Shown: positions 17,048 through 29,634 of the stretch, piece by piece
Layout of the letters: every line of letters starts with the position of its first letter
Position numbering within the stretch: position 1 is the first letter of the stretch
NCBI GenBank assembly: GCA_029953675.1
Contig: JAMWBK010000012.1
Location: 806,001 to 870,000 of the forward strand
Length of the DNA stretch: 64,000 nt
Direction: 5' to 3'
Origin: Rhodosorus marinus CCMP1338
Lineage: Eukaryota > Plantae > Rhodophyta
The notes under the pieces: generated by a model
Database searches by the model: none
Told to the model about the DNA's origin: nothing
The model's input: the letters and a program-made list of their open reading frames with translations, nothing else
Made by a program: the position numbers and the translations under genes

Positions 17048-17398
17048 ATGTGGAAAGGGTCACTCGAAGCTAAGATTCACTATGTCACCCATCTCGTCAA
17101 AGATGGCTTTATTCAAGTGACACTTCTTCTGCACAAGAGCACGCCTGCTTACGAGGTCTCAGGGCTTGTCAACGTCCGAGGAAACAGTCCGTTTGGAAGA
17201 GTATCTACTCGTACCACCTCAACGATGGGTGCAGCAATCATGTCCCTCGAGCTGATTTACGATCACATCAAAGAGTACGTTCCTCCCGGACATTTGGCTT
17301 GGATCGCGGACACCCCTTCCTGGCTGCCAGGTTCAAGAGCAGAGGAAGACTGTCCAGCAACTGTCGAGCTCACGATCTGTAGAAGAGCCAGTGCCTAG
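17048..17398 (+). CDS. Hypothetical protein (orphan ORF or exon)
   Basis: 116-aa ORF (GTG-initiated in the track) with globular-looking composition and no recognised family. Confidence 0.3.
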   Translation: MWKGSLEAKIHYVTHLVKDGFIQVTLLLHKSTPAYEVSGLVNVRGNSPFGRVSTRTTSTMGAAIMSLELIYDHIKEYVPPGHLAWIADTPSWLPGSRAEEDCPATVELTICRRASA

Positions 17399-17734
17399 CA
17401 CCCTGCGCACCAGTCGCTTCAGGCGGATTAAGGGCCTTAACTTAACCGTAGAAGCTGTTTTGATCGCATCCAGCCCGTTTCCGCGATCAGTACACCCTGG
17501 AAGAATTTTATCTCTTCCAGAATATGTCCATAAGCTTCCATCTAGCGCAAAATACTTGACACAGAGCCCGAAAATGAATATGTTCGCACGCATGACTTGG
17601 TCGAAGCAAAGCATCCAGCCTTGCAGAGGCTGGGATAATCGACAAGGTGTATTGGTCTCTCCGTTCCGTCCCCAGCGACGCCACAAGTTGTCCCCTGCAG
17701 TTCCCACGACGAGCTTGAGGAGGGGAAGTCTCCT

Positions 17735-17776
17735 AGTCAGTCCTGTTAGGATGTATTGATCCTAACAGGACTGACT
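17735..17776. repeat. Perfect 18-bp inverted repeat (hairpin, 6-nt loop)
   Basis: agtcagtcctgttaggat - gtattg - atcctaacaggactgact. Confidence 0.95.
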
Positions 17777-17900
17777 GGATTGGTGTTATGTCGCGTCCAG
17801 TCCGTCAGGATATCCCACAAGCTGAACAGCACCATCATCTACTGACCCACGCGTTAACCGCTAGTGTTGAAAGCTCCAGAAGAGCCGCGCCTCCAGAATC

Positions 17901-19414
17901 TCAATCAGTAAACTTCACAATGAGCTCCCGATCGTAAGCACTTGTCATATGGAGCGTCGTTCCGGACTCGAAGAGCTCCGCCAGGGGCTTGACGAGGTTC
18001 TGCCTAGTCGACTCTTCCAAAGCCGGGATTGTGGAGTTTCTTAACACCCGCGTCCCGATAGATAGCATCGGCTTGTCAGCTTGAAGTTCAATATCTGACT
18101 TCAACAGTTCCTTAAGCAAATCGACGAGGACGATGGACATAGTGAGCAAACCGTCGGACTCGCCGACAAGGACTGTAGCTGTGGGTCTTACCAGGAAATC
18201 TTCGAGGATCATAAGTTTGGAGACTAACAGCAAATAAGGGGACCGAGTCCCACAAACAGCGCAGTCCTTCTTCTTCTCCAAGTTCGTTACGTACGTGTAG
18301 ACTCCTGGGGATCCGTTGTAGAGGAGGTAGTCCTTGATGTACGGTGCGCAGTCCGTCACCAACTTGAGCGCCTCGTTGACGCAACCTGCGGCGACAATCG
18401 CGTTCGTTGAAGCAATCGCTGGAATAATGTTCTTCACAACACCTTGGGCAAGCTTGTAGGTCACTCCTTGGATCCCAAACTGTTCAGCTCTGAGGAAAGG
18501 CGTACGAGTCGGTTAAGCAGCGGAAGGTTTTCAAAAGCTGGAGACGGTGATGGTTACCTCTTCGAAGCTTCGCTATGGATCCATGATATGTGATCTGGAT
18601 TATCTCCGTCCAGTCTACATCGATCTCCGAAAGGTTTACGTCTGTCCCAGAGTATCTCCGATGCGTAGGCGATGCAGTGCTGTGGAACCCGCGGCGTTTC
18701 GGCGATAGTACAGAGCTGAATCTTCGTCTGCGGTGGAAACAGATCAATCGAGCATTCAAAACACGGAGAAACGCGTGGGATGATCACTCGAATGTGGCCT
18801 AGAAAGCTCTCCGTTCCCCCGTCAATCAGAGGAATCACTGTCTCACGGTTGACAGCTCCACTTTCGTCCAGTTTGGCCAGAGAAACCAGCACATTGTTGA
18901 TCCACTGAGTAGCGCAAGAAACACTCTTTCTCTCTTAGATGTGTGTGTGGGACGGGCTGTCGTCCTCTTCGTTGGAGAGAAACCTTACCCGACGAGCGAA
19001 AGCCGAATCCAGTCCAGCGATGACCAAATTAAATTGACTATAGAACGAGGATGGTTTATCCTGAATCGCCGCATGGTGAGCGGTAACCTTGACGTGACTG
19101 ATTCTCTTCATGATGAACTTTGCCGCAACTTCGGCCTTTGACTTGCCAATGTCCTCATCTCTGAAGAGGAACTGCCTGTTTAGGTTGGACATGTCGATGG
19201 TGTCCATGTCGATGACGTCGATGGAGCCAAGGCCTGCCAACGCCAGGCCTTTTAGGAGCTCGCATCCGAGTCCTCCCGCGCCGATCACAAGCACACGGCA
19301 GTCCTCCGCGAGAAACTTCAGCGTGTCCGGAGACGCCTCAAAGTTTACACCCGCCAGCGGCCCACTCCGTTCAAGCAGACGCCGCAAATCTTCTTGCCTA
19401 TCGTCATCGTACAT
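17901..19414 (-). CDS. UBA3: NEDD8-activating enzyme E1 catalytic subunit, multi-exon
   Basis: VLVIGAGGLGCELLK, IDMDTIDMSNLNRQFLF, IDGGTESFLGH, CTIAETPRVPQHCIAY (catalytic Cys) and KNIIPAIASTNA. ATG at 19414; an upstream in-frame ATG is possible. Confidence 0.96.
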
Positions 19415-20968
19415 CTTCGAGGTTCTGCCTTTTGCCTCTCGAAAAGGCGTCTTCCTGCTTTCCAGATAGCCTCCTTCCCCACGAACTATCCCTGTGTCCT
19501 GCAGGCCCAGCGCCAGTCTTTCCAGCTCCAGTACACAGCTCATGTAGACTTCCAAAAAGCGCGGTGAGGGTTTCTAACGAAGGGGCCGAGAGAGGTCCAC
19601 ACAAATCGCGAAGAAGGGGTTAAGAGGAGCACACAACCCGGCAAGCTACTCCTGAAACTGTAGCAATCATGTTCATTAGTAATGATGCCTTGCATAAAGA
19701 TACTTTTGAAGCCCTACCAGTCTTCCTCATAGGCTAAGACCTGGTGGCATAGGGTAGGGTTCTTTCTTCCAGTCACCTGTTCTGCCAGAGCACGGCGAAA
19801 CAAGTGCCCGCATCGATTTGGATAGGTTTAGAGAGAGATGTAAACCGGAAGCCTTCTGTTGAAACTCTATCAGTCATCTGCATCAGCTCGCAATGTATGG
19901 GGCAGTGTACTCTAGCTGATGACGTCGAGATGAAGTTTTGGGCTCTGCAAGAGACGTCCCTGAATAGTTTGGATAATTGCAGAGGTGCGTACAGACAGAA
20001 AGCTACTCCTCAAGCCATTCTCACCTTCATCAGCTTAGACCTGGTCAAGAGTGATGCGTGCTGTGGAGATTCTCCGTTCAAGTTCGCCTTTTCTGGTGGT
20101 ATGGGACAGACAAGTGTTTATAATCGGGTCGGACGCGGTTAGAGAGATATGAAAGCGGAATAGCACTGTGGTGAAAGCTGTACCAGTCATCTTCCTCAGC
20201 TCAAAACTGTTCAGGTGGATTAGTGTTCGGCTCTTCTGAGGAAGGTATCTGAGAGAGAGAGAGGGAGGAGAGGATCTGCAGATCATATTTCAAGAGTCTG
20301 ATGATCAGCAGTAGCTGTTCTCGAGCATTGTCTGCTCAAAACAAGTCACCAAGCGAGCCAAAACGCGGAGCAGTTGATCTGGTATTCGAAGCAACACAAA
20401 TAATGACCCGTTTACCTTAATCAAGCTACAAAAACAGCTCTTGCAGAGCTACATAAGATCTCTCTCTAAATAAAACATATTATTGAGGGTATCTATTCTT
20501 ATTTATCGCGATTAAATTCTTAAATAATGTCTTGTTCGTCTTAATTAACCACAAAATCTTCCATAAAACAATATTAGATCTACCTCTCCCTAAAATCAAA
20601 TCATATTATAGAAATATATCTACGTATCTCAAACCAAAATAAGCTTACTCAAATAATGACCATAATGCCTAATCAAGAAATATAATGCCACCTAAAATAA
20701 TTGTTTTACATGTTTAGAGCTAAAATTATCATATTTTGGGAATATGAGTCCTTTTCTTAATGCCAACGGATTTTTGATGACGTTTGACATAGGTCTTTGT
20801 ATCGAAGAGGATATTCTGTGTTTCCATTTCGGGACGTTGAGTCGAGTTGTGGTTAGTAGGGGTTTAGCGAGTGAGGAAACGAGGGGGTTTCGGAAGGAAC
20901 TATCGATGTTTAGGGCGTTGGATGAGAATATGATTTTAAGTGGACTAAAGTAGACGACGTGTTTCTTG

Positions 20969-22844
20969 ATGTTGGAAGGACTGCAAGAGAACGGTAGAAT
21001 GATGTCGGGGGCGGGGGGTGATGATGTTGAGGTGGTAAGGGCGGGTGAGGAAGCGATTGTCGGAGGTTCGGACAGGTTTGAGGAGGAGAGGGATGTGTCG
21101 CCGAACGATGATGGGGAGGGAGTTAGTAAGGAGGTGGAGGTGTCGCCGAGCAATATTGGAGAGGGAGTTAGCAAGGAGGAGGAAGTGTCGCCGGGCGATA
21201 TTGGGGAGGGAACTAGTATGGAGGAGGGTGCTGAGGTTGAAGATACTGGCGATGGAAAGGGTGAGGAGCGGTCTCGGCTGAGTATGTTTACAAACTTGTC
21301 CTTGGATCGTGATGATATGGACAATGTCCTGGAGGCGGTGAACCAGGAGCTGCTTCATATACGTCAGGGCGCCGCGAATAGACTGAAACGAACTGAGGCG
21401 CATCTTCAGAGGAGACTCAAACAGACCGAAGAGGCCTTTCGGGAGTCCCAGGCGGTGCTCAGTGCGCGGCTTCGGGAGAGCGAAAAGGCTATGAGGGAAG
21501 CCCAGCAAAGGATCGCTGAAGCAACAGAAGATCGTATTAAGGGAACACAGGCGACGCTAGTTGACGGTGTTCGGGACGCACAAGAGAAGCTGAGGGAAGC
21601 ACAGCTTAACCTAAAGGAATGGCAGGACCACTTCTTCGACCCAGTTCCCCTGAAGATCCCATTTGAGCGCCGTCGTCAGACCTTTTCATTGATGGTCTGG
21701 AGCTTCCTGTTCATCTTCCCCGGAATCTGGCTATTCTATGCAGTGTCAGGTCTCATGATTGTCCACGCCGTGCTCGCTATTGTCATGCTTCCGTACATCC
21801 TCTGGACCTTGACGGTCGACGTCGACTCGGCTTACGATGCTCGAGAAAGACCGTATCTCCGGGGCCTGCGGATATGGAAAGACATGGCGGACTTCTTTCC
21901 CAGCTCGCTTGTAAAAACGGTGAGCTAGTTCATCCTCAAATCGCCAGCCAGGAGGACGATTCGCTGAAATGTTCGAACTGCTTTTCGACCTTGCTAGGCC
22001 GATCTTGATCCCGAGAAGCGGTACATCTTCGGGATCCATCCTCATGGAGTAATCAGCTTGGGAGCATTCATTAACATCGCCACGGAAGCCACGAGCTTTT
22101 CCGATCAGTTCCCCGGAATCAGAGCCTATCTATGCACGCTGGAGCAGAACTTTAGGGTTCCGCTGGGAAGGGAGATCCTGCTTGGACTTGGTATGGTCGC
22201 AGCCAGCCGCAGAACGTTCAGAAGGCTCTGTAGGGACTCCTCTGAAACCACTAAAGGGAACGCTGTTGCGATCGTTGTTGGCGGTGCTGCTGAGGCCCTT
22301 GAGGCTTCGCCGGGCGACTACAAACTCGTGTTGGAGAGGTGCGAGCGGGAGACCGTCCCTACAAAAATTTATTGGAAGTTATCAGAACAATTTTTAAATA
22401 TCGATTCGTTTCGTTACTTGGTATTTTTCGGCCAGGAGAAAAGGGTTTGTGAGGATGGCACTGGAGACTGGCGCGAGCCTGGTTCCGGTCATCTCGTTTG
22501 GAGAGAACAACCTGTTCAAAACAATGGAGAACCCGCCGGGATCAAAACTTCGGAACTTTCAGGAGGCCCTGAAGAAGGTCGTCAATATCGCCCCAGTAGT
22601 CTTCTACGGCAGGGGCGTATTCAACTACAGGTTTGGGTTCCTCCCCTACCGAAACTCCCTCGTCACGGTCGTCGGAAAACCAATCGAAGTGCCCAAGTAC
22701 ACTGGCGAAAACGTCTACACAGATCCAGAGGCTGTCAGACTTACAAATATCTACCACGAGAAGTACGTCCACGCCCTTCGAGACCTCTTCGAACAGAACG
22801 TCCACAACTACGACGAGAGCTTCAAGAGCTTCTCGGTCGGCTGA
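20969..22844 (+). CDS. DGAT2: Diacylglycerol acyltransferase type 2 with a long repetitive N-terminal extension, multi-exon
   Basis: FGIHPHGVIS (HPHG motif), IVVGGAAEALEA, GASLVPVISFGENNLF, GRGVFNYRFGFLPYR and VVGKPIEVP. Hydrophobic segment near aa 240-280. Confidence 0.93.
21095..21229 (+). repeat. Three tandem in-frame 45-nt repeats (15-aa unit VSPxDxGEGVSKEEE) in the DGAT2 N-terminus
   Basis: gtgtcgccg starts at 21095, 21140 and 21185. Confidence 0.9.
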
Positions 22845-23867
22845 AGAAAACAAACCCCACCCTGAAACACTTACGAAAGGAGACACGCGCCGATATTTAA
22901 TTCGCCAAAAATAAAGACACGTTCAACATAACTAGTGGCTAAAAATTCCAATCGTCGTAACTCCATTGGATAACCTCTTACTGCATATCCAGGGGGGGAA
23001 GGAAAACCGCTAGTACTCACTAAAATTATTTATTTCAACAAGAGGATTGCCAAAGGGGTGCGGTAGACCAACCAGTTCCGAATCTAAGTGACTTATAAAT
23101 TTCAAAGTAAATCACAAATATTGCAAATATGAATAAATATTGGTCATATTGCGTACTAATATCTATTTAAGAGTCCGATTGAAGAATAGATTGTGAAAAA
23201 TGGTGACTTATAAAAATACATGTTGCCGATAAGTAATGAAATAGATAATAAAAAAGATCGAAATATGACAATATACTCTGCCTAAGAGTCCGAACCATGC
23301 GAAGGTGACGATTAGAGACCATGGTTGCCGCATTTTGTTCGCTTCAAATGCCATTTTGAACTGTTTTTGGGATGGACAGTACTTAGACTGTCACTAATTT
23401 CACCGACCGTGGCCTTGTGTTGGGATCGGGTTATAAAACGGTCGGGAAGATGGGGGGATGGAATGGGAGGCAGTGGGGAGGGGGAGAGAGCGGTGAAGGC
23501 GTCTTTGTGGTATTGAGGAGATGAAAACTTGAGGAAATAAGGAGATCTGGAAGTTAGTTGTGAAGGGTAAGGTTTTAGGCTCAAACGGGTTGGGTTTGAG
23601 GTGGTGTGAAGGATGAGTTGTGCGGGGAGATTGGGTGGGAGGAGGTATGGTGGTAGGATTGGATCTTTGTTGAGCAAGGGGACCAAGGGAAGTATTCGGG
23701 GAAGCAGCGGATCTACTGGGGCTACGAGGTTGATGAGGAGGTAATGTATGGAGATGTGGAGGTTTTTTGTTGGTGGTGTGGGACTGATGAGCTTTTTTTT
23801 TTTTTTTGGTTTGGGTGTAGGGCGCTGTCAAGGCCGGCGTCATCGTTTTCGCAGATGGTAGGGAAGA

Positions 23868-25295
23868 TGGAGAGGCAAGGTGAACTCGGATCAATGAGCG
23901 GGAGTCTTGCAAAGTGTGCGATGGCAGTAGCGGAGACGAAGCCGAATTCACCAGCGAGACGGGCGGGACTGGCTGCCTTGGCGGAATTGTGCGTGGAGGA
24001 GGATGACGACGGTTAGTAATCCACCCTTCACAACCTTCGTTTTGTTTCATCTAAAATGGAATTTTGTTCCCTTCCCCTGCTGATCTGTTATCGATTGGAT
24101 TTTTGTGTGTTTTTTGGCTTGGATCTTTTCGCTGGGAATATCTTTTTTAAGCTTAGACTTTTCTCGTCCTTTGCCTCTTTGTTAATAGCTCCAAACTGGT
24201 GATCAGATACCCCAGCACCAACCCCACCCACACCGCCCGCGCTTTGTTTAATTTCACGAAAATCACTCTTCTCATGTCTTGTGCTTTGCATCCATCTTTG
24301 TAGAGACACTGGTCAGGCGATCGCGAAGGCTCTAGTTAAAAGACCAAAACAAGAAAATTCCAACCACACTCGCGCTCCTCTGTTTCCTCTTCTTCTTCTT
24401 GGTTCCTCCTGTTTCTCTCCTTCCACCTCCGAAACGACAACGAAAAAGTAAAAGAGCAAGCCAAGCACGCACAGAGAAGAAGAACCTATGGTGCGTGATT
24501 TTTGCTCAGGAGAAAGGATGAGAAGCGCCGATATCAAGAGCTTTCTGAGGCGGAAGAAGACTTGTTGGTTTCTTGCGTTGGTTTTGATCCTTTTTCTTCA
24601 CTTGTTTTTTGGTCTTGCTCAAGTGATCTGGCGGGCACGTTTTTCTCACCATCTCCTCCTGTTTTCCTTTTTCATATGTACTTTTGTGATCACCTTCTCC
24701 TTCCCCCTCCGTGCCATCGTGAACAACGAATCTTCTGATTAGAAAACTAGCAGGCCCGAGCGGAAAAGAACCCCTATGTCGAGGAACTGGTAACGATTTC
24801 TTTACGTAGTGCACAGTGGAAAGAGACAGTTGTGATGTTGATAGAAAGAACCTGCTGGTTGCTTTGGATCATTGTTCCGGACACCACTTTCGCTGTGGAT
24901 CAAGTTGGAATAAGAAAAGCGAAGAAGATGCGAAACAGATCAGCGAGCAGTCGAGAAGAAGATGTTGGTTCATAGCAGAGTATGCGGTTATAGGAAAAAA
25001 ATGTACCCTTTCGAGTAAACACGGCCTTGAGATCCACAATCGGGGGCTCACAGCCCGGGAGACTAGCGAGCTGAAGAGTGGGCGTCTGCGACGCTGCCTT
25101 CACAAACGACTTGAGGAAAAGCGGATTTCTATGTCACTACCCTCTGGATCGGTAGCGAGGACGGTCGATGTGGAAGTGCTCAGCCGACTTTGGGGCTGTT
25201 TCAGCGAGCCAAAACCGCACACAAAGAGTAGTCCCTCACCACGCGGGCCTAGGCTGACTTCACAACTGGATACCCATGACCGCCTGGACTCCTAA
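23868..25295 (+). CDS. Unassigned multi-exon coding region
   Basis: First exon-like MERQGELGSMSG...GLAALAELCVEEDDD followed by a gttagt donor, then several short coding-like frames. Structure not resolved. Confidence 0.3.
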
Positions 25296-26505
25296 CAGCG
25301 GTCCGTTCTGGCTCCGGCCTGAAACCCTGCAGCAGTCGGCAAGGCAACGGTACTTCAACAAGTCAAGTCAACGTGTGTTGAAGGTTGCTTCAGCAGAACT
25401 GTTCCCCGGACTCTAGAACAACTCCGCGAGCGCTTCCATCAGGGCCCCCGTGCCAAACTCGATGGTAGACATCCTTCCTGATAGTCCATACCCCACCTGA
25501 GCGTTTGAAGATTCCCGAAGGTTCTTTGTGTCACATTTGTGGCCTAGGAGCTCGACTGAGCTCCGTTCGATAAGTTGTCACAAACAGACTAAACAACCCG
25601 TGCTAGTAGGCTTGGCCGTTTGTGGTCGTGGCAAATTCATCATCATCGTCTATGCAGAGAAAACAACCCTGAGAGGAATTAGTCCAGGCGAAACCGAGAG
25701 AACGGGCCTCTAAAACTAGAAGAGCAGCACTAGAACGCAATGGCGTGAAACTCAAGAAGAGAGGTACCCGCGAGCGGGTCTCATTGCGATCGCACAAACG
25801 GTCCTGACGCCATGCCACGCCTCTAGAACTAAGGTAGCGTTGCAGCACCAGAGAGTCACACACTTGTGACTCCCGTTTTCCTCTTGGGTCACCCACCCGG
25901 GGTGGTTAGTTTTCCACGTAAACCAGGCAGTCGGGCTCAAAGAAGTATACAGTCGAGGAAGAGCATCGGGACGGTCACGGTAACACTTGCGCCAACAAGC
26001 ACGCCCAGCGCTATCTAAGAATCCGAAGACCTCTGTAACTAAGGGACAAACCGATGAGCGAGGGCAGAGTGCAAGGCCCCATCGTTGGCAAGCACGACCA
26101 CCAATAGTGATTCCTTATGGCTCGATATGAACTGAAACCAAACGGTGCGAGACATAGATGATTGCGGGGTGGTCACATTCTTAAAGCGCTTCCTAGTACA
26201 CAACGTCCTTCGCGGCAAAGCACAGTTCGAGTAGCCGCATTGCGCTCTCGAATCGAAGACACCAACTTGCGCGTTTCAAGTGAGACGACGACCGAATTTC
26301 CGAGTGGAAAAGGTGAGTTCATACCAGATTCGTTCATTTTTCTAAAAACGGAAAAGAAGGCCAAACAGATCGGTTTAATCGGAGGGGTGCTAAGGTCTCC
26401 GAATGAGGTACGCTAGGAAGGGCACACAGAGAGCGCCTCCAAAACTAAGGCAGCGTTACAGCCTCATAAGGTTAGGACTTAAAAACAAAATCCTAAAAAG
26501 GAGCG

Positions 26506-26578
26506 TGATCCCGGTGGGATTTGAACCCACGATCCCCAGATTCAAAGTCTGGTGTGATAGCCGCTACACCACGGGATC
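26506..26578 (-). tRNA. tRNA-Gln (anticodon UUG), intronless
   Basis: Acceptor stem GATCCCG/CGGGATC, anticodon arm CCAGA-CTTTGAA-TCTGG, T arm GTGGG-TTCAAAT-CCCAC, and a T5 Pol III terminator just downstream. Confidence 0.97.
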
Positions 26579-28139
26579 ATCTCGACAAAACTGCGATTTT
26601 TATAGTTTATGAATGTGAGTATTTTTAGCCGACGAAAAATCCAGAGAATGAGAGTATGAGTAGAGCGGGATTTGAGGTAGGCCGAGAAGAGGTCTGTTGA
26701 GTACCAGCTGAAGGCCGCAGGTGTAGCCCATAACCCGAGTAGAATATCGGTCTATTCGTTTTCCCCCCGGTTCCCCTTACGACTGTACCCGGCGGAGGCG
26801 ACCTGCTGTAATACCCCAGTTGGAGGAAGGTAGAGCGAATTCGCTTAGAAACAAGGAGCAAGCCTACGCTTCGCAAAATCTACCACCATAAACGGTTTGT
26901 GTGTATGTATTGAACTGCTCTCTGAAAGTGAGTGCAGGATGAAACCGCGCTCTGATCATCGCATGTCTGATACTATCTGCACTTCGGAGTTCTACTAGAA
27001 AATGCTTCCAGCGGTGCGCTAAGGCCGTTATGGCCATGATCTTGCTAGGGAAGAAAGCAGGTTCGTTCTTTCGTCGTAGACAACGAACTTTGAAGTTTGA
27101 CGTGACCATCCAGACGTTGGGGAATATTGTTCAGTATGTCCTTTAAATAGTGGGTGACAGACTGCAGGCGCATTCCGCGGCCTGGCAGGAGAAAAAAAAA
27201 TCCACTCATGTTCTGGAGATCGAGTGGTGATCACCCTCCTCCTCCCTTCAACAACGTGCAGTTGACCAAGCCGTGAGCCAAAGTGCTCCCAAAGCACAAC
27301 ACTGTAAGCTTCTTTTCTCAAGCCAATACATCTCTATCGCTGGTAGCGCTGCCTACTCTAAGCTAATTATCATTAGACGCGTGTTCAAATATTCATATAT
27401 GATTGGATATAGTGTACTATTAAACGAATTATAAGGATCCACGTGTCTAGTCCAATCAATTGATCTCTAGCAAACGAGATTCTCCCGTCGTCGACCACGT
27501 CCACGCTTACCCCCCAGCTAATAGTCACCAAAACATCCTTGCCGGGAAAAAAATGAAGCTTAATCAAGGGGTATATATACGGGCAATAAAATACAAAATA
27601 GGCAAAACATAAATAGTATCACTTTATAGATGAAGAAAAAGGAATTTGGCTGAATGGGTAAATATACCAACCAGAAAATCAATGTTCAATCCATCAAGGG
27701 GAGGAGGGGACAACGAATGCTTCACCAAAAAGAAATAAAAAATCACGCATCAAGAAACGACTGAAAAACTGTAAAAGCTTTTAAGCGTCCATACCCGAAA
27801 AAGATTGAATAAAGTTTTCGTTCCTAAAAACCAACCTAAATTAGTCAATATATTGATTTTTAAAGTGACACTTATTACTTTACAGCTGTCCTTCGGGTTT
27901 CCGACGTGTTGGACGGAGATGGTGTGGGTGCTTGATGTCTTGATGAGGTGGATGGGACAGGATGGTGGGAGGAGGGGGAGGAAGGAATTGGGGAGCAGGT
28001 AGTGGTAAGTTTGGAAGTTTTGGATACTAAGTTTGTAGGCCAGCGTAGGTTTATTTTTTTTTGGTTGGGCTGGGGAGGGGGGATCTTTGTTGTCTGAGAG
28101 ATCATCGAAAAACCAACGGTGGGCCAGAGCAGAGCCAAG

Positions 28140-28959
28140 ATGATTGGATTTGTTGGTGTTAGCGGGTTTGGAGTGAGGGTGGCGGAGGATGTTGGGGTTT
28201 GTGGACGGGGTCAGGGTATGGTAATGATGGCTGCAAAGCCTCTTAAGGTGAACATTGATATGAAAGGAACGCCTGTGTGGACTTTGAGGGAGGCCACGAG
28301 TGAGGATGCGGGGAAGATCGCTGGTTTGGGTGAGGTGTTCAGCGCCGAGCTCGTTGACAGCTTGATTTTATCTAGTGAAGGGACTGCTTTGGTTGCATCG
28401 GTGAGTACTCAAGTGACATTCCTGGAGATTCTTTTCGGCATCCCGAGTTTTGCTGACTTGTGTTGTTTTGTGTTCGTTAGGTGAACCTCAAAGGCGGCGA
28501 AGAAGGCGGAGACCAAGCGCAATTGAGCAATGTCGTCGTTGGGGCAGTTGTACCGAATGTGTCAAAGGCTGCGACAGTTCCTGGTGGTCCAGCAGACCAG
28601 AAGCTTACGATGAGCGGAGACATCGCGCTCTTGACTGTACGCTTGAAAATGGCTTCCTCATCATCCCCAAAGAGGCCCTCGTCCCTCACCGCATGTTTTC
28701 CTTTCATCGTGGAACCAAATAGGTTGATGAACGTATGCCTGAGAAGGAAGACGTCGAGAAGAAACTGCTTCTCGGGGCTCTACGAAAGTTGAAGCTGGCC
28801 CAGGTTTCTGAGGCGTACGTGACGATTAAGAAGGGTTCAGAGCGCAAAACTGTGCTGGAATCGTCTGGCTTTGCTGCCTCCTCCGAGGAGGACGACGAGG
28901 AAACCCTGTTTGCCAACCTCGTCTCTCTCAACCCAGATCCTCAGAAGAAGATCGCCTAG
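28140..28959 (+). CDS. Probable plastid-targeted protein, possibly a degenerate GNAT-like fold, multi-exon
   Basis: Transit-peptide-like MIGFVGVSGF..., then WTLREATSEDAGKIA and VEKKLLLGALRKLK...LESSGF. The fold call is tentative. Confidence 0.5.
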
Positions 28960-29242
28960 ACGGACCTTTTCGTCCGGGCGATATAGCTTGGAAAGAAAAC
29001 ATAGGATGGGCTACGCAATCACAGGGAAAAAAGCCCTGGGAAAAGCAAACCGTGCAGTAGACCCAAGAACCGGTACAAAGAATCCACAGCGTTTAAGTGA
29101 ATAAGATGGCAAAAACCGGCACTGGTCACACCCGAAGCTGCGGGTTTTTAAGATTACCCAGATAAGTATATCCTTGTGCGCGAGGGCAGGAGGAAAGAAT
29201 GATAAAGAGAAAACAGATGAATCCCCTTTGCAAAAAGAAGCG

Positions 29243-29625
29243 TCTATTCACCATTGTCACTGCGCGTCTCACCACACATATTCAGAGCCTGGATTAGGTC
29301 GTTGAATGTCTTCAAGCTCGAGATCCTTGACGACTTGGGGACGGAGTCGGATCTTCCTGATACTCTCATCAAGTCTATTCACCTTTGTCCTGCGTTATCT
29401 CCACACTTTCGGACTCTGGATTGGGTCGTTGAATGGCTTCACCCTCGAGAGCCTTGACGACTTGGGAACGGACGGGTTGACCTCAACAAGTCTATGCGTC
29501 TCACAACATATGTTCGGAGCCTGGATTAGGTCGTTGAATGTCTCCAAGCTCGAGATCCTTGACGACTTGGAGACGGGGGGGGTTGATCTTCCTGATTACT
29601 CTCGAAAGTCTATTCACCTTTGTCA
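29243..29625. repeat. Degenerate tandem repeat, about 3.3 units of 105-127 nt
   Basis: Anchor ctggatt(a/g)ggtcgttgaatg at 29289, 29416 and 29521; ccttgacgacttgg in each unit. Confidence 0.92.
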
Positions 29626-29634
29626 AGGTGAGTC

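Noticed and set aside
23312-24050. Pro/Ser/His-rich minus-strand ORFs
   Set aside because: Explained by the G-rich, purine-skewed plus strand of a promoter or 5' region rather than by coding signal.
24500-24800. HMG-box-like fragments (KDEKRRYQELSE, AEKNPYVEEL)
   Set aside because: Too short and I could not assemble them into one consistent spliced frame.
29243-29625. CRISPR-like appearance of spaced repeats
   Set aside because: The intervening sequences are themselves homologous, the context is eukaryotic and there are no cas genes.
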